DNA from: the human T2T-CHM13v2.0 reference genome, Homo sapiens
Reading direction: 5' to 3' (one strand)
DNA length: 64,000 bases
Assembly (NCBI RefSeq): GCF_009914755.1
Contig: NC_060947.1
Each line of letters starts with the position of its first letter. Position 1 is the stretch's first letter. The translations under genes were made by a program, and so were the position numbers. The notes below the pieces were generated by a model. It was given only the letters and a program-made list of their open reading frames with translations. It did not search any database and had not been told where the DNA came from. Below are positions 1 through 14,945 of the stretch, piece after piece.

Positions 1-192
1 CTGGAATCTGTGCCTTTCCATTGTTCCCACTAACAGACGCTCTGGCCAGATTGCTGTTTCTACCCTGCAATTACAGGCAGAATCCCATGAGTAATAAACA
101 CAAATTGTTTTATTGCAATGGAGTTCGTTTAAAAGAAATATTTTACTGCATCATCCAATAGAATTATCTGCAATGATGGAATTGTTTTATAT

Positions 193-350
193 CTGCGCTA
201 AAATACCGTAGTGACAAGCCACATGTAGCTCTTGAGCATCTGACATGTGGCTAGTGTGACTGAGGGACTGAATTGGAACTTTTAAGTTAAATTCATTTTC
301 ATGTAAATAGTAACTGTGTCTAGTGGCTACCATAGAGCAGTGCAATTCTA
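193..350. mobile_element. MER3-like hAT-Charlie DNA transposon relic
   Basis: AGCCACATGTAGCTCTTGAGCA..ATGTGGCTAGTGTGACTGAGG..CTAGTGGCTACC pattern. Confidence 0.7.
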
Positions 351-1147
351 GAAAAATCCCATTTCCAACCCAAGGCACCTGGACAAGGAGCAGCTTTTCT
401 CAGAGGCCAGGTCCTGGGTGAGAAAAGCTGTTCACTGTCCAGGTGCAATAAGATAACTGACTTCTGTCTGTGCGTGGTGGAGATGCTGTCCAATGATGGC
501 TATCGTGCATCAGTTTCCAGCTCCCCATTCAGTAGTTCGAAGCAAGGCATGGCAGGAGAATTTACACCAGGAGAATCAGCACAAGCTACAAATCAAGCCT
601 CCCTCCCCATGCCCCACCCTTGGAGAGCTGGGTTATTTAACGATGACTGACATGCCACTGTGCATATGCCTACTGGAGGAGACAGGCCTACTGAATTGCC
701 TTGGCAACATCTGAGTCTCCTGGCACTCACAGAGAAAAAGGAGACAGTGGCAGCTCCACAGTTCTTATTGTCAGAGAGGAAAAGCACCATATGGTTTTTT
801 TAAGGGATGGCAACACTTCTCTTAGGCCTTAGAGCTACACGGGCTCTTTTCTCAGGCTTCCCAGCACAGACAATGTCCTTGACAACAACTCCACTCCACT
901 GCAAAAGCAGAGGGATTTCAAAGCTGTTGTTTGTCACGTCAGTCAAGGCTGTCACTTTGGATCGATGTCAGGGCAATGGGGTCTGAGTTTGCAGCTTTTG
1001 GATGTCTGCTGAGATCTGTGAACACAGCCCAGAATGCCTAGAAAAGGCTGGATTGCATATTCTTATATCCCATGTCACTTACTTATTCCCCAAATCTTTT
1101 AGGATGCTGGCCATGTGCATAGCCCCCAGCTAGGTATGGAAGCAACT

Positions 1148-1240
1148 CATTCATTCATTCATTCATTCATTGGAGATGGTGTATTCAGGTGTAAAGGAGT
1201 TCAGGATACAAAGATAGATGAAATAGGGTCTTCACCTCCA
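1148..1240 (-). mobile_element. L2 3' end
   Basis: (CATT)n terminal repeat followed by GATACAAAGAT..AATAGGGTC. Confidence 0.55.
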
Positions 1241-1284
1241 GGTTTTATAAGATCCCCCATTTATAGAATAATTTACCAGATACT

Positions 1285-2120
<836 letters not shown>

Positions 2121-2766
2121 CTTGTGCTCTTTCCAGATCTCTCACTTACGTCTCACTCAGCTACAAGTGGTGGATACTATTACTCTTCCTCCTTCTCCTT
2201 GTTTTACAGAAGGGAAAAGTGGGGCTTGCAGAAGCTTGGCAAAATAGCACAGGCAGTAATACTGCAATACAGCCATGTAATACTTCAAGATGGTGTATGA
2301 TTAAAGCGGTTGGCTGAGAACATTTGGGAAAATTTTAGTTCTGGTGTAACAAACTGTATCCCAGAGACAGTGCTATATGCTGGGCTTTCAAAGAGCAGGT
2401 AAATGCAGCTCCCCTCTGTCCTTCCAGGAGCTCAGGAGCTCAGGAGCTCAGGGGTTAATGCGAGTAAATAATTTGGGTCTAAGCTGGTGAGTGCTGTCCA
2501 GAGGGTCCCAGGAAGCTGTGGCTCCAAGAAGGGTGGAGGGGATGGTCAGAGGCGCCTGGGGAAGAAGCTGGGGTCCTGGCCAGAGAAGACCTAGCCTGAC
2601 CCCAGGGTGCTCCAGCCTCCATCAGAACAGGAGGCTGATGTCAGGGCTGTCTCTGAGCCTGTCTGCAAAATGGGTGCACAGCAGATCTGCCCTACTCCTG
2701 TTAACCAGCTGCTGCGAGAATCAGATGACATGCTGCAGAGGAAGGCACTCTCTACAGGGTGCATGT

Positions 2767-2997
2767 GCTGAGGCGGGCGGATCAGTTGAGATCAGGAGTT
2801 CGAGACCATCCTGGGCAACATAGTGAAACCCCATCTCTACTAAAAATACAAAAATTAGCCAGGTGTGGTGGTGGGCGCCTGTAATCCCACCTACTCAGGA
2901 GACTGAGGCACAAGAAACGCTTGAACCCGGGAGGCGGAGGTTGTAGTGAGTTGAGATTGCACCACTGTAGCCTGGGCGACAAAGCAAGACTGTCTAA

Positions 2998-3006
<9 letters not shown>
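2767..3006 (+). mobile_element. 5'-truncated AluS
   Basis: GCTGAGGCGGGCGGATC...poly(A); (TA)n(CA)n tail to ~3080. Confidence 0.92.
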
Positions 3007-3029
<23 letters not shown>

Positions 3030-3493
3030 AATATATATGTATAATATATAATATATATACAAACACACACACATATATATGGGGGCTTGGACACAAAGAG
3101 GCAATAGGGTCCTCACCTCTAGGTTTTGTAAAACCCACCATTTATAGAATAATTGAATAGTGAGTTTTAACAATTTAGTGGTGGGAAAATGTCTGTTTTA
3201 AAAATATACAGTGCATCCAAATCTATGAAAATTTCCCATCCACCTCTGTGCCAAGCCACACAGTTTTCCTCCCTAGAGATAACACCCTTAGCAGTTCCCG
3301 ATGTCTCTTTTCAGAGGTGGTTTGTGGTGCACACACAGGTGGGCAATGACACGTCCCACATGCTGGGAGTACTACCTTTAAGGGATTTATAATGAAGAGA
3401 GCTTCCAGCACATCATACAATGGGGAACTCTTGAAAATGGCTGGGAAATGGAACATCTTGGGCATCAAATTATACTCCATCAGTAATTCAAAC

Positions 3494-4008
<515 letters not shown>

Positions 4009-5359
4009 TCATGAAGGATGGTAATAACCAGCTTTCTATCTCCACACAGAGCAAAGTAAAAAGAAGTAGGTTTAAATGGAAGAGAAATTAAAACTGGACA
4101 TACAGATGGTTAAATATTAACAACGGCCCCTGAATGGCACTTTCTTTCCTAAAGATCTTCATGAGCAGAATAATCTAGGATGGCTAGGGATTGTTCCCTC
4201 GGGACTTTGTGGTTAAGAATTCAGGATCTTCAAGTAATGAAATCTGCATTAAAAAATTAGCCAAAACTGTTTGTTTATTCCATAATCATGTCTATATGGT
4301 GCTTTTAAGAAAACAATTTTTTTGTTGCTATAAAAGCAATACATATTCACTGTGGAAAAATTAGACGATATCTCTAAGCTTAAAAGAAGAAAAATTTAAA
4401 ACACCCTTAATCCCACTAACCAGTGAGATACCATGTTTGATACTTTAGTGAATTCATTTCCTAATAGTTTTCTGTGTTCGCAAAGGTATATGTGTAGATA
4501 TAAATATATTACACCTACATAGAAACGACGGATCACTCAGCACATAATGCTTTGAAGCTTCCATTTTTTTTCCCATTTAATCCGCTGCACATGTCTTTTT
4601 CCATCCGTGTGTACCACCGTATTAGTTTTAATTCTTCCACTGCACAGATGGCTTATAATTTAAAACATCCCCTGTTTTTGGAGATTTAACTTGTTTCCAG
4701 TGCTTTGAGATCATAAGTAATATTGCAGCAAACTTTCCCTAGTCAGGGGTTTGCACACCGTTCTTCCCCCCACCCCCACTCCCCACACCCCAGGACAAAT
4801 TCTTGGACATCAAGTTGCTGGAGCACATGATACCAACAGCTGTAGGGCCCGGAGTAATTGGCGAAACTGTGTATCTGTAAGGCATTTGGTAGGAAAAATG
4901 CTAAACAGACCACCAGAAAGATTGCTCAACTTACATTCCCATGGGTGGTATTGGTTTTTGCTTTTTTTGGTTTTGTTTTTTAATCTTGGCTAAAATGACA
5001 ATTTGAAAGGCGAGGGTGGAGGGTGTTCAGACAGCTCTCTCATTCTGTTGAGAATTGCTTGGCCCAGTTCTGGGCCTTGTCTGAATTGCCGGTTTGCTGC
5101 AATGTTTTTTACAATTGAGCAATCACCTAGAAAAAAGAGAAGGTGAAACTAACCTACTGCAAAAAAACTGCTCCAGGATGAAGAAGGTTGCCTGTATTTC
5201 GTCATTTCAGCCAAGCCGGAATACGGAGCAAGGCTGTCTGCACCGTGCTACCATCCTCTTCAGGCTGCAGGGCATTTTGTATACCCACCACCTCCCATTG
5301 ATGCTGGAAAATCCGGTCACAGAATTCCGTGCAGCCCAGCCCCTGAGGGTGGGGCGTCC

Positions 5360-5540
5360 TGTCTCCGGGACGCCGGGTTTTCTCTGGACACGAATGCTCC
5401 GGGGGTAGGAGGCGAATGACACTGGCACGGCGGGGCTCCGGAGCCAAGAGGTGACCAGGCTGGCTGGGCAGGGCTGAGTGGCTGGGCCGAGCACGTGATG
5501 CTCCCAGCCGGCCTCCGGGGCCCTCCGGGCTGAAATCGAC
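5360..5540 (+). promoter_or_regulatory. CLCN4: GC/CpG-rich proximal promoter of CLCN4 with E-box (CACGTG 5492-5497)
   Basis: Local CpG enrichment immediately upstream of the first exon; GCACGTGA motif. Confidence 0.65.
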
Positions 5541-5657
5541 ATTTGCCTCTGGCAGGAAAATGAGCTTGTCAGTTTCTGCCTCCATTAGACCCTCAACCCA
5601 AAGGAGCAGGAGATTTCGGTAGCGTTTTAACTTTATCTCAGAATCTGAAAGCGGAAG
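5535..5657 (+). other. CLCN4: CLCN4 exon 1 (5'UTR; start approximate)
   Basis: Strong donor AAG|GTAAGC at 5657/5658 downstream of the GC-rich promoter, followed by an AT-rich intron. Confidence 0.75.
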
Positions 5658-6829
5658 GTAAGCTGCTTATCACTCAGAAAAACAAATTTGAGAGGAGTGA
5701 CCTAGTAAAGTACACTGCGACTTTGTTGATTTTTAAAATCTGGTGTTGAAAATAATTGATCGCTGTGAGAGTCAAGGGCTGTATTTATCCCCAAATTAGA
5801 GATTAACCTTCTGAACAGAAATTTGGTTAATTTGGAGGGAATCACGGTATAAGGGCCAGGGTTAAATATAGAAGGACACGAAAGCTGATGGAATAAACTG
5901 CAAGTAAACTTAACTCTAGCCTGCTTGTAAAACAATCTATTTCATGTCTCCTTCAGGGCTGTGAGCAAAGGGAATGTTAAAATTGTGATTTTTAACTCAA
6001 GTGAAAGTAAATGAATCTATTTGCAATTGGAATACAAATAAAAGCAGTCTTTGCTTTTGTCCTTTTACATTTCAAAAACGCTTGTGTATTTTGGCAAAAG
6101 AAAAGTTTATATGTGCACTGCTTAAGTTTGAAATACGCTATTTCAAATTTACAAAATTATCACAGTTGTAATTTTCTAAAGTCTTTCTAGGCAAGGCTGT
6201 TTCAGTTGTGAATGAGAAATGTTGACATTGTACATATTTTCTGTGATAGTAAAATGACTCACTTCTTCAGAATGTGATAAAGATTAGAAAATGTGAAATA
6301 ATGAGTTATTGTGAATTAAGTCATGTCTCAGAGATTAAATGCCTTGCCAGAAGATGTAAGAAAACAGAGACACAAATACAACCATGCTCACGTAGCAGTG
6401 CTTTATTTTAAATCATCACATATTTAAGTAAGTAGTAGAAATACGTGGTGTCACCATTTTTTCCTTTGGCAAATACAAATTAATATTGGAATGCAGCTAT
6501 TCAGAGTAATTAAAGCATTATTCATCCGTGCAATTAGTATAATGTTCCATAATGAATTGCTTTGAACTAAAGTGTTTGGTATAATACTCGATATACGGCT
6601 TGAAACATAGAAACTCTAGGCAAAGTATGTCCATGCTATATTTTGTGTCATTTTGATTTGCACAAAATGTTTATTTCTCCACTGCATTTGATAAATACTA
6701 GTTTTAAAATAAAACATGAAATTGTATTTCCTTTCACTGTAATCCCTTTATTGCTAATTCTTTTGAAATCCTATTACTCGCTTGGAGCCTGTAATAATTT
6801 GGATTTCTCCTCCTGTGTGTTGTTTTTCA

Positions 6830-7400
6830 TAATTCTTCGCGAAAGGCCAGGCAAGCTGCACACATCAAGCGAAACGCCTGAGGGGCGGCCAGCGCGAGGG
6901 TTTCTGGCCATCGACCCTCACCTCCCGGGACTTCCAGGGTCTTCCCCCCACCCCGCGCACACCTCCCTGCCTCGCCCCGAGGGCGTCACGTGGCAGCGTG
7001 GGGCCCGCCTCCTGGTGATGTCACGGCGCTCGCAGCCGTCGCGCTGAAGAAAGGATGCTCGAGGATGCTGTCCAGGTGGGCGGCCGCGGGCGCGATGCGG
7101 CACTGCAGGTAAGGGGCGCGCGGCGCCTGGATGCCCTCCCCGGCGCCCCCGGCAGCGCGGACGCTGCAGGTGGAGCCCGGCCCGCGGGCCTGCAGCCCGG
7201 CTGCGCCCCCAGAAACCCAAAGTGGGGCCTCTGGCTGCTGCGGCGCCTGCTGCCCACAGCTGCCTGCTGCAGCTGCATGCACCCGGCCGGGGATGGCCCG
7301 TGGCAGGCCCACGCGTGACTTGGGTCTTGGCGTGCCCGCCCCGAGAAAGCGGGCAGGGGCCAGACAGAAAGACGGGGGAGGGAAAAAACCGCTCCGGCGG
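6830..7400. promoter_or_regulatory. CpG island over exon 2 and start of intron 2
   Basis: Very high GC and CpG density (e.g. CGGCCGCGGGCGCG, GCGCGCGGCGCC). Confidence 0.9.
6846..7108 (+). other. CLCN4: CLCN4 exon 2 (5'UTR)
   Basis: Acceptor TTCTTCGCGAAAG|G at 6845 (alternative CAG at 6850); strong donor CAG|GTAAGG at 7108/7109. Confidence 0.8.
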
Positions 7401-8521
7401 GGGAACAAAATCTGAAGTGACCACACTGCATGCATTCTAAGTAGACAGAGGGGCTTTTAAGAGGTAACTATCAAGTGTTTTCCTAGTGTCATTCTGCTTC
7501 TTAAATAACGACATGTTTACTAATTACAGGCCTTTGTCCTCAGTAATTAGCCTCATTTCTTTCAAAGCAAAAGCGGGCTGGGGAGTGGAAACTTCTTGGT
7601 TAGCAATTTAAGAGCCAGATGTGCAATCTAAATTGCTTTGCATTATTTTGCAAGGTTCCAGCATTTACAGGGCATACGTCAGAAACGTATTTTTTTTTTC
7701 CTTCCAGGTGTTTTAAGTAGATTAAAAAAGAACGGTATCCAATACAATAAAAATAAATTGCAGCTTCCAAAGATAACATGTGAGCGTAAGAGACAGCTAC
7801 ATCTCTAAGAACCAAATGATCTTTAGCAGAGAGTGGGGGTGGAGATAACACCAAAACCTAAGAATTCCCAGAGTTCTTGTTAATTCTCTCGCTGATAATT
7901 CGCTTGCTGAATGGAGAGGCTTGATGACAGCGCCAGATGGAGGGGTCAGGTGACTTCAGTTCTAGCATGACAGTGGGTGGGGGATTTTAATGGACTGTTT
8001 CTAGAGCGTTTACATGCCTTTCTCGGGGTCAGGAAGAAACTACAGCCAGGACGTGTGGGGGCACCCTTAGGGGGAGAATGTGGCATTATTTTCCCCTCTA
8101 AAACCTGACCCTTCTGGAAGCTTTGTTGTCACTAAACTGTATTGGAACTCACATCATGAATAATTTGACCAACCAGCAACGTTGGGGGGCCTGTAAAGCA
8201 ATGCTATTTCCATCAATAATTGAAGGAGGCATTTCTTTCAGAATTTGGGACACCCAGATGTGTTGCTGCAGTAATTTAGTAACTTGTTTATTGCAATTTT
8301 CTTCCTTTGGTTCAGTTTGGTTACACAAATTAAGATCCCCGGGTCCCCGCCCTCCCTTCTCCTCCAGCCCAACCCTAGATAGAGCAAAGCAGATGATAGA
8401 GGTGGATCTAATACAGACCTAGATTCCACTTTTGGCTTTGTGACTGTGCAGCCTTGGATATGTCATTTAGTGTCTTTGGGCCTCGACTATCTCGTCCTCA
8501 AAGTAACAAAGGGATTTAGGT

Positions 8522-8744
8522 CAGGGTGTCTCAACCTTGGCACTACTGGCATTTGGGGCCAGATAACTCCTTGTGGTGAGGCTGTCCTGTGCATTGTAGG
8601 ATGTTTAGCAGAATCTCCGACCTCCACCTACTAGATGCTAGTAGCACTTCCCCCTCCCAGCCCCCAGTTGTGACAATCAAAAATGTTGCCAGACATTGCC
8701 AAATGTCCCCTGAGGGCTCCCTTGCCCCCTGTTGAGAACCACTG
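8522..8744. mobile_element. MER20 (near full length)
   Basis: CAGGGTGTCTCAACCTTGGCACTA...AAAAATGTTGCCAGACATTGCCAAATGTCCCCTG...TTGAGAACCACTG. Confidence 0.88.
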
Positions 8745-9680
8745 ATTGAGATGATCTCGAAATATTCTTCTTCGGGCTCCAAGAATTCATTTTCTTATGA
8801 TTGGTTTGATGCCAAGCCCTTGATCAGAAATCTGATTCCCTTTCTTAATATCACATATATTGGAAAACACAATGTGAAGGCGTTTTTATGCTGTGAATTT
8901 CCAGAAATAGCTTCTGTGAAAAGGGGAGGAGCTGTTTGTATGCCATTTGTAGCTGGGAGGCGAGCTTGGCAGAAAGGAGAGTGTTAGGGAAAGAGGAAAA
9001 AAACAGAGCACTAGATGAACGTGTGTGGAAACCTGCCGGGGCTTCGTGCTCAGCAGACCTGGAGCACGTCCCTGGACGTAGTCTAACCCTGGGTTAGACC
9101 TAACAGCTGAGAGTCCATTTCCTTGTCTGCAAAAATGAGAATAACAGTGTCCACTCGGAGGTGTTGTGAGGATGAAACGACACGACATCTGGTGCTGGTG
9201 GGGGACGTGGTGAGGACGAGAGGGTGGTAATGTCTATGCAGCTAGGAGGAGGCAAACACAAATGGCCCGCACCACCAGCGACACGGACACTCGCTTGGGC
9301 AGACATGGTCGCATGCTTTAAGCTTCAGTCCAGGACTAAAGATCTGGCTTTGACACCTAGGAGGGTGACCGTGGCTGCATCACTTCACCCTGCAGAGCTG
9401 CTGTCGGATCTGTAAAGTGGGGCCAACCGTGCTTGCTGACTCTGCTTCCTTGGCTGTTGGGGAGGGACGGATGGAAGTGAGAGGGTCTGCAGGCTGGGAA
9501 ACTCCCAAGAGACAGGAAGCGGGGGTGGCAGCAGCATAGCAAGGGGGGGACATGTTTACTATGTGTGTGTATGTGGTGGTGGTGGGGTGCTTAGAATGGC
9601 CAGAAAACATTTCCTTGTGCCCCAGGCTTTGGACTTTGATGTGTCCCTCCCCTGGGTTCCCTTTCCGTTGCCATCAGCTT

Positions 9681-9681
<1 letters not shown>

Positions 9682-9725
<44 letters not shown>

Positions 9726-9728
9726 GTC
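9682..9728. repeat. (CT)n microsatellite
   Basis: About 20 CT units followed by GTCT. Confidence 0.95.
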
Positions 9729-10204
9729 TCATCTTTCCTGGCACCATGAAAATGGTCTCCTGGGGGGAGATAGGAAAGCCCTGGTGGGGGAGGTTGGCCT
9801 TCGGTGAGGAAGACCCACTGTGCAGAGGGCTAGGGTGAGAGCAGCTGGCTCCATCCACTCCCCACGCCACTGTCCTCACAGGCTTCAGTCCACGGACATC
9901 CCAGGGCAGGCCTGTCACGCTCCTGTGTGCCTCCAGTGGGCTTGGTGCTCTGTATGAGCCATCTGGCCTTGTCTCTTCAACAAGGTAATATCATGAAAGA
10001 AATTTTTAAAAAGGGAGGTGGGGTATTCTCCATCAAACGAGACTTAAGAGACGGAATAGCCAAATATCACTTGTGGCCCTCGATTGGATTCGGCCCAAAC
10101 AAACGTGTAACAGGCATTTTGGGGATGCCTGGAGATGCTTTGATGTGACTGGCTATTAGGTGACACTAGGAGACTGCTGCTGCTTTGATTAGATGTGACA
10201 GTCT

Positions 10205-11042
<838 letters not shown>

Positions 11043-11958
11043 TGTGTTTATGTAGAAAAGTCTTCTTGTTTAGAGATGTATACTAAAGTGTTTAGAGATG
11101 AAGTGTCATGGTAGCAGTCATTTACTTTTTTTCTTTTTTTGATGTTTTCTTGAGATCTCTTTAATGTATGACTTAATAGGAGACAGATGAATTCTCATAC
11201 TTGGTTCTACATTCAATCTGTTTCAATATCGCATGTCATGTAGCCTCTGGAAAATTCCATTGTATGCTCATGAGAGAATGAACTTAGAAAAAGGCAAATA
11301 ACAATGTCAGAATATTGTGAAATGTTTTTGACATCATGGACTCCCTTAAAGGGACTTGGGGAGCCCAAGGAGTCCCCAGATGACACTTTGAAGATCAGGC
11401 TTCAAGATCAATAATTTACTTTTAAATGGTTCAGTTAAATGAAGAGAGAGAAAGAGATAAAGCAGATAGAGCCAAATGTGAACAACTGTTCAGTCTGATT
11501 GGTGTTATTCACTGGATTCTTCTGGATGATGTTCTGTGTAATTGAAAATGTTCATAATAAAAAATTAAGAAAAAAAGAAAAGAAATGTAAACCCTTAGAC
11601 ACACTGGGGATTCTGACTGAATAGGTCTGGGGGTGAAGCCCAGGGCTTAACCTGTGCTCCAGGTGCCCCCATCACATGGGCCAGAGGCCCCAGCCACTTT
11701 GCCCCAGAGGTCCTCGCCTTACCTGCCTCCTCTCCACCTGTCAGCCTTGCAGTAGCAGACCAAAGGGGTTTAGTGTGATGACGCATCTCTTCTACCAACC
11801 TGGGGGAAGAGGTGTGTGGGGACAGTCCCCCCTCCTATCCCTTCCCCCATACACACTTTCCCTTGGTAACAAGACCTTTGTTTAACCACATTTTCAGTGG
11901 GTGGCTTTTTTATGTGCAGGAATTTTTTTTTTTTTGTGATAAGTATTTTTTTAAATGA

Positions 11959-12264
<306 letters not shown>

Positions 12265-12316
12265 CCTTAATTACTTCTTCATTCAGCAAATATTCCTTGG
12301 GTCTGTGCGTCTAGGC

Positions 12317-12530
12317 CAGGGTTTCTCAACCTTGACACTGTGGACGTTAGGGTCCAGATGATTCATTTTTATGGGGGGCTGTTCTGGGCAATGTAGGGTA
12401 TTGAGCCGCATCCCTGGCCACCATCCACTAGATGCCAGTGGCACCCCATCTCCCAGTTGTAATAACAAAAAATGTCTCTAGACATGGCCAAATGTCCCCT
12501 GGGGGTCAGTATTGCCCCCAGTTGGTTGAG
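12317..12530. mobile_element. MER20
   Basis: CAGGGTTTCTCAACCTTGACACT...AAAAATGTCTCTAGACATGGCCAAATGTCCCCTGGGG. Confidence 0.85.
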
Positions 12531-12539
12531 TCCTACAAG

Positions 12540-13100
12540 TCTAGGCAGTGGGATACATGTTAGGACCAAATGGACAAGGTTCCTGCCCTCACGGGACTGA
12601 TTTGAGCTGAGGGAAGAGGAAGTAGCTGTTGGATAGGCTGTGTGTTGAGTGAAAGGATGGACAGCAAAGGATGCACAGCACTGGACTCCAAACGCTGGTC
12701 AGGGAGGGCAAGAAGGCCTCTCTGAGGGGTCGCACTTGAGCAGAGATCCGAATGGAGAGAGAGCCACTTGAGCACGGTGGGCTGAGTGCTCAGGGCTGAG
12801 GGAACAGCCAGTGCAAAGGCCCTGAGGCAGGGCAGGACAGGAAGCGTTTGCGGAAAGCAGGGAGATCGGCGTGTGCAAAGTAGAGCTACCCAGAGAGTAG
12901 GGGTGGGGACAGGTGCTCAGAGGGGCGCAGGGGGCAGGCCATCCTGGAACTGGCAGTTGTGGTGTCAACCCTGGATTGTCCTCAGTGTGATGGAAAGCCA
13001 CTGGATGCTCCTGTGTCGGGGAGTGACATGTTGAGACTGGGTTAAAAGGACTGGCTGCTGTCAGGAGCAGAGTCAGAGGTGGGTGAGAAAGAAAGCAGGG
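12540..13100 (-). mobile_element. L2 fragment
   Basis: CAAGGTTCCTGCCCTCA.., AGAAGGCCTCTCTGAGG.., GGGAACAGCCAGTGCAAAGGCCCTGAGGCAGG. Confidence 0.7.
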
Positions 13101-14703
13101 CAGCCAGCAAGGAGGCTAGGAGGCGAGGCTGGAGGCCAGATGGGGAGTGGCCAGGGTGACCAGGTGAGTTGGACTGAGGAGCTAACCTCTTTAGCAGCAA
13201 TGTTGTCCTAGGTGCCAGAGTGGGCCCTTGGTGATCAAAGAAGCCTGGCGTGGGAGGGTAGTGTGAACTACAGGGCAGGACATGGAGGCTGCAGACGTGT
13301 CCTCATGCATCCGGCTCAGTCGCAGCATCACCTTTGATGGGCGGTGGCCTCCCAGGGACAGCAGAGGAAATGGCCATGCACATTCCCACATGACACCTGA
13401 AAAGCTCTCTTTCCCGCTTCTTGTCGTGGCTGAAGTCTCCCAAGCTGTCAGGCTGCCGGTGGCTCCGGTGATTCTGGCTACACAGCTTGCTTGCTGTCCT
13501 CGGGCCCAGCACATTTGTTCCTGCCACTGAGTCTCTGAATTGGCTGTTCTCTGTGGCTGGAGGGTCAACCCCCACACTTGTTCCCTTGTTGCCTTCTCCA
13601 AGTGGCCCTGGTCGCCCTGCACCGCCTGTCACGTGCGCTTCTGCGGGATGCAGTGGCCTGCAATCGGGGGTTCATGGAAGCCCCTGCCTGCTGGCTTGCC
13701 ATCTTCACACTGTTCTTGACGTGGTCCTGCCCTGCCCCAGGGCCTTTGCACTGGCTATTCCCTCAGCCCTGAGCACTCAGCCCCCTCGTATTCAACAGAG
13801 AGCCTGCTGTTGGCTGGGTTGAAAGTAGATGTGAGACCGGAGCCTTCCTCACAGAGGGGACTTGAACCCCTCTTGAAGCTGCAGAAGAGGAGAGTCCTGG
13901 AAGGCTGGGGTCAGGCCCTTGACCTGCCCTGGGGACGACACATGGGAACAGCAGGGTCATGAAGGAGAGGCTGTGGGTGGGCGCTCCCCCTGAGGGTGGT
14001 GTTCCCCTCTTTCCATCTGAGGCAGTTGGGGCGCCCAGGATGGGTTTGGGGTTTGCTGATGTGAGAGCTACCCCAACGCTGTGTTTCCTTATGGGGGAGG
14101 CTGCTCCTGGTCCTGGGTGCTGGGCCTGCGGCTCCTCTCTGTGGCTGCCGCTCCCCTGAGCCTTGCCCGCAGTTTCGCGATGCTTCCCGATGGGCTGACT
14201 GTGTCCTCCTATCTCTTGGCTCTTCACTTCCCTTCTGGGTTGATTTGGCTAAATATGAAAGTTCTTTTTCGCCCTCCACTCTAACCCCTGGAGGTGCTGG
14301 TTGGGTGAAAAGGCCTCTGTGGTTAGCAGATAGCCGAGAGATTGTTCCTCTTAGCTTAGTCACGCATCACACCAGCTCGCCTTTTACCCCAAACATGGAA
14401 TTGGCTCAAATGTCAGCCCGTGTGTTGGTCAGAGTGGCCTGCCTCTCTTCACCGTGGCGTCCCGGGCCACCAGGAACAGCACATGAACGCGGTTTTGGGT
14501 GCCTTCCAGCATTTAGGCTTTACACACTTGCCAGTCACGAGTGGCTCCTGAAATTTTCTTTTTATCCATGAGGGGGTGTGAACCTTGGATAAGCAGAAAA
14601 TAGGTTGTTGTGGAGAAAACCTGTCAGAAAATGGTGAAGGGAAGGCCAGGCTGTGGAGGTGCCAGAAGAGCGAGGGATTTCCCACCTGCACTGTCTTCAG
14701 CAG

Positions 14704-14945
14704 CTGTGATGGCTTGAACTGTGTCCCCAACAAATTCATAGATTCAAGTCCTAACCTTCAGTACTTCAAGACGTGACCTTATTTGGAGATAGGGCCTTGA
14801 CAGAGGTCATCATGGTGAAACGAAGGCATCAGCAGCGCGCGTCCCTTCATCTCAGACTTCTGGCCTCCGGAACTGGGAGAAAACCCTTTTCTGTTATCTG
14901 AGCCACCCAGTCCGTGGTGCTTGGTTACGGCAGCCCTAGCAAGCA
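14704..14945. mobile_element. MLT1A/B-like LTR, internally deleted
   Basis: TGTGATGGCTTGAACTGTGTCCCC..GACCTTATTTGGAGATAGGG..GACTTCTGGCCTCCGGAACTG..TTACGGCAGCCCTAGCAA. Confidence 0.75.

Noticed and set aside
2425-2452. (CAGGAGCT)x3.5, plus short tandem duplications at 15185-15206 and 58290-58328
   Set aside because: Ordinary slippage products; no spacers, so not CRISPR-like
6918-7440. Overlapping 70-170 aa ORFs on both strands
   Set aside because: Stop-poor CpG island; low-complexity Arg/Gly/Pro/Ala with no recognisable domain
7925-7945. CTCF-like GCGCCAGATGGAG and REST half-sites (GACAGCGCC here, GGACAGCACC near 57195)
   Set aside because: Partial matches only; not supportable without ChIP data
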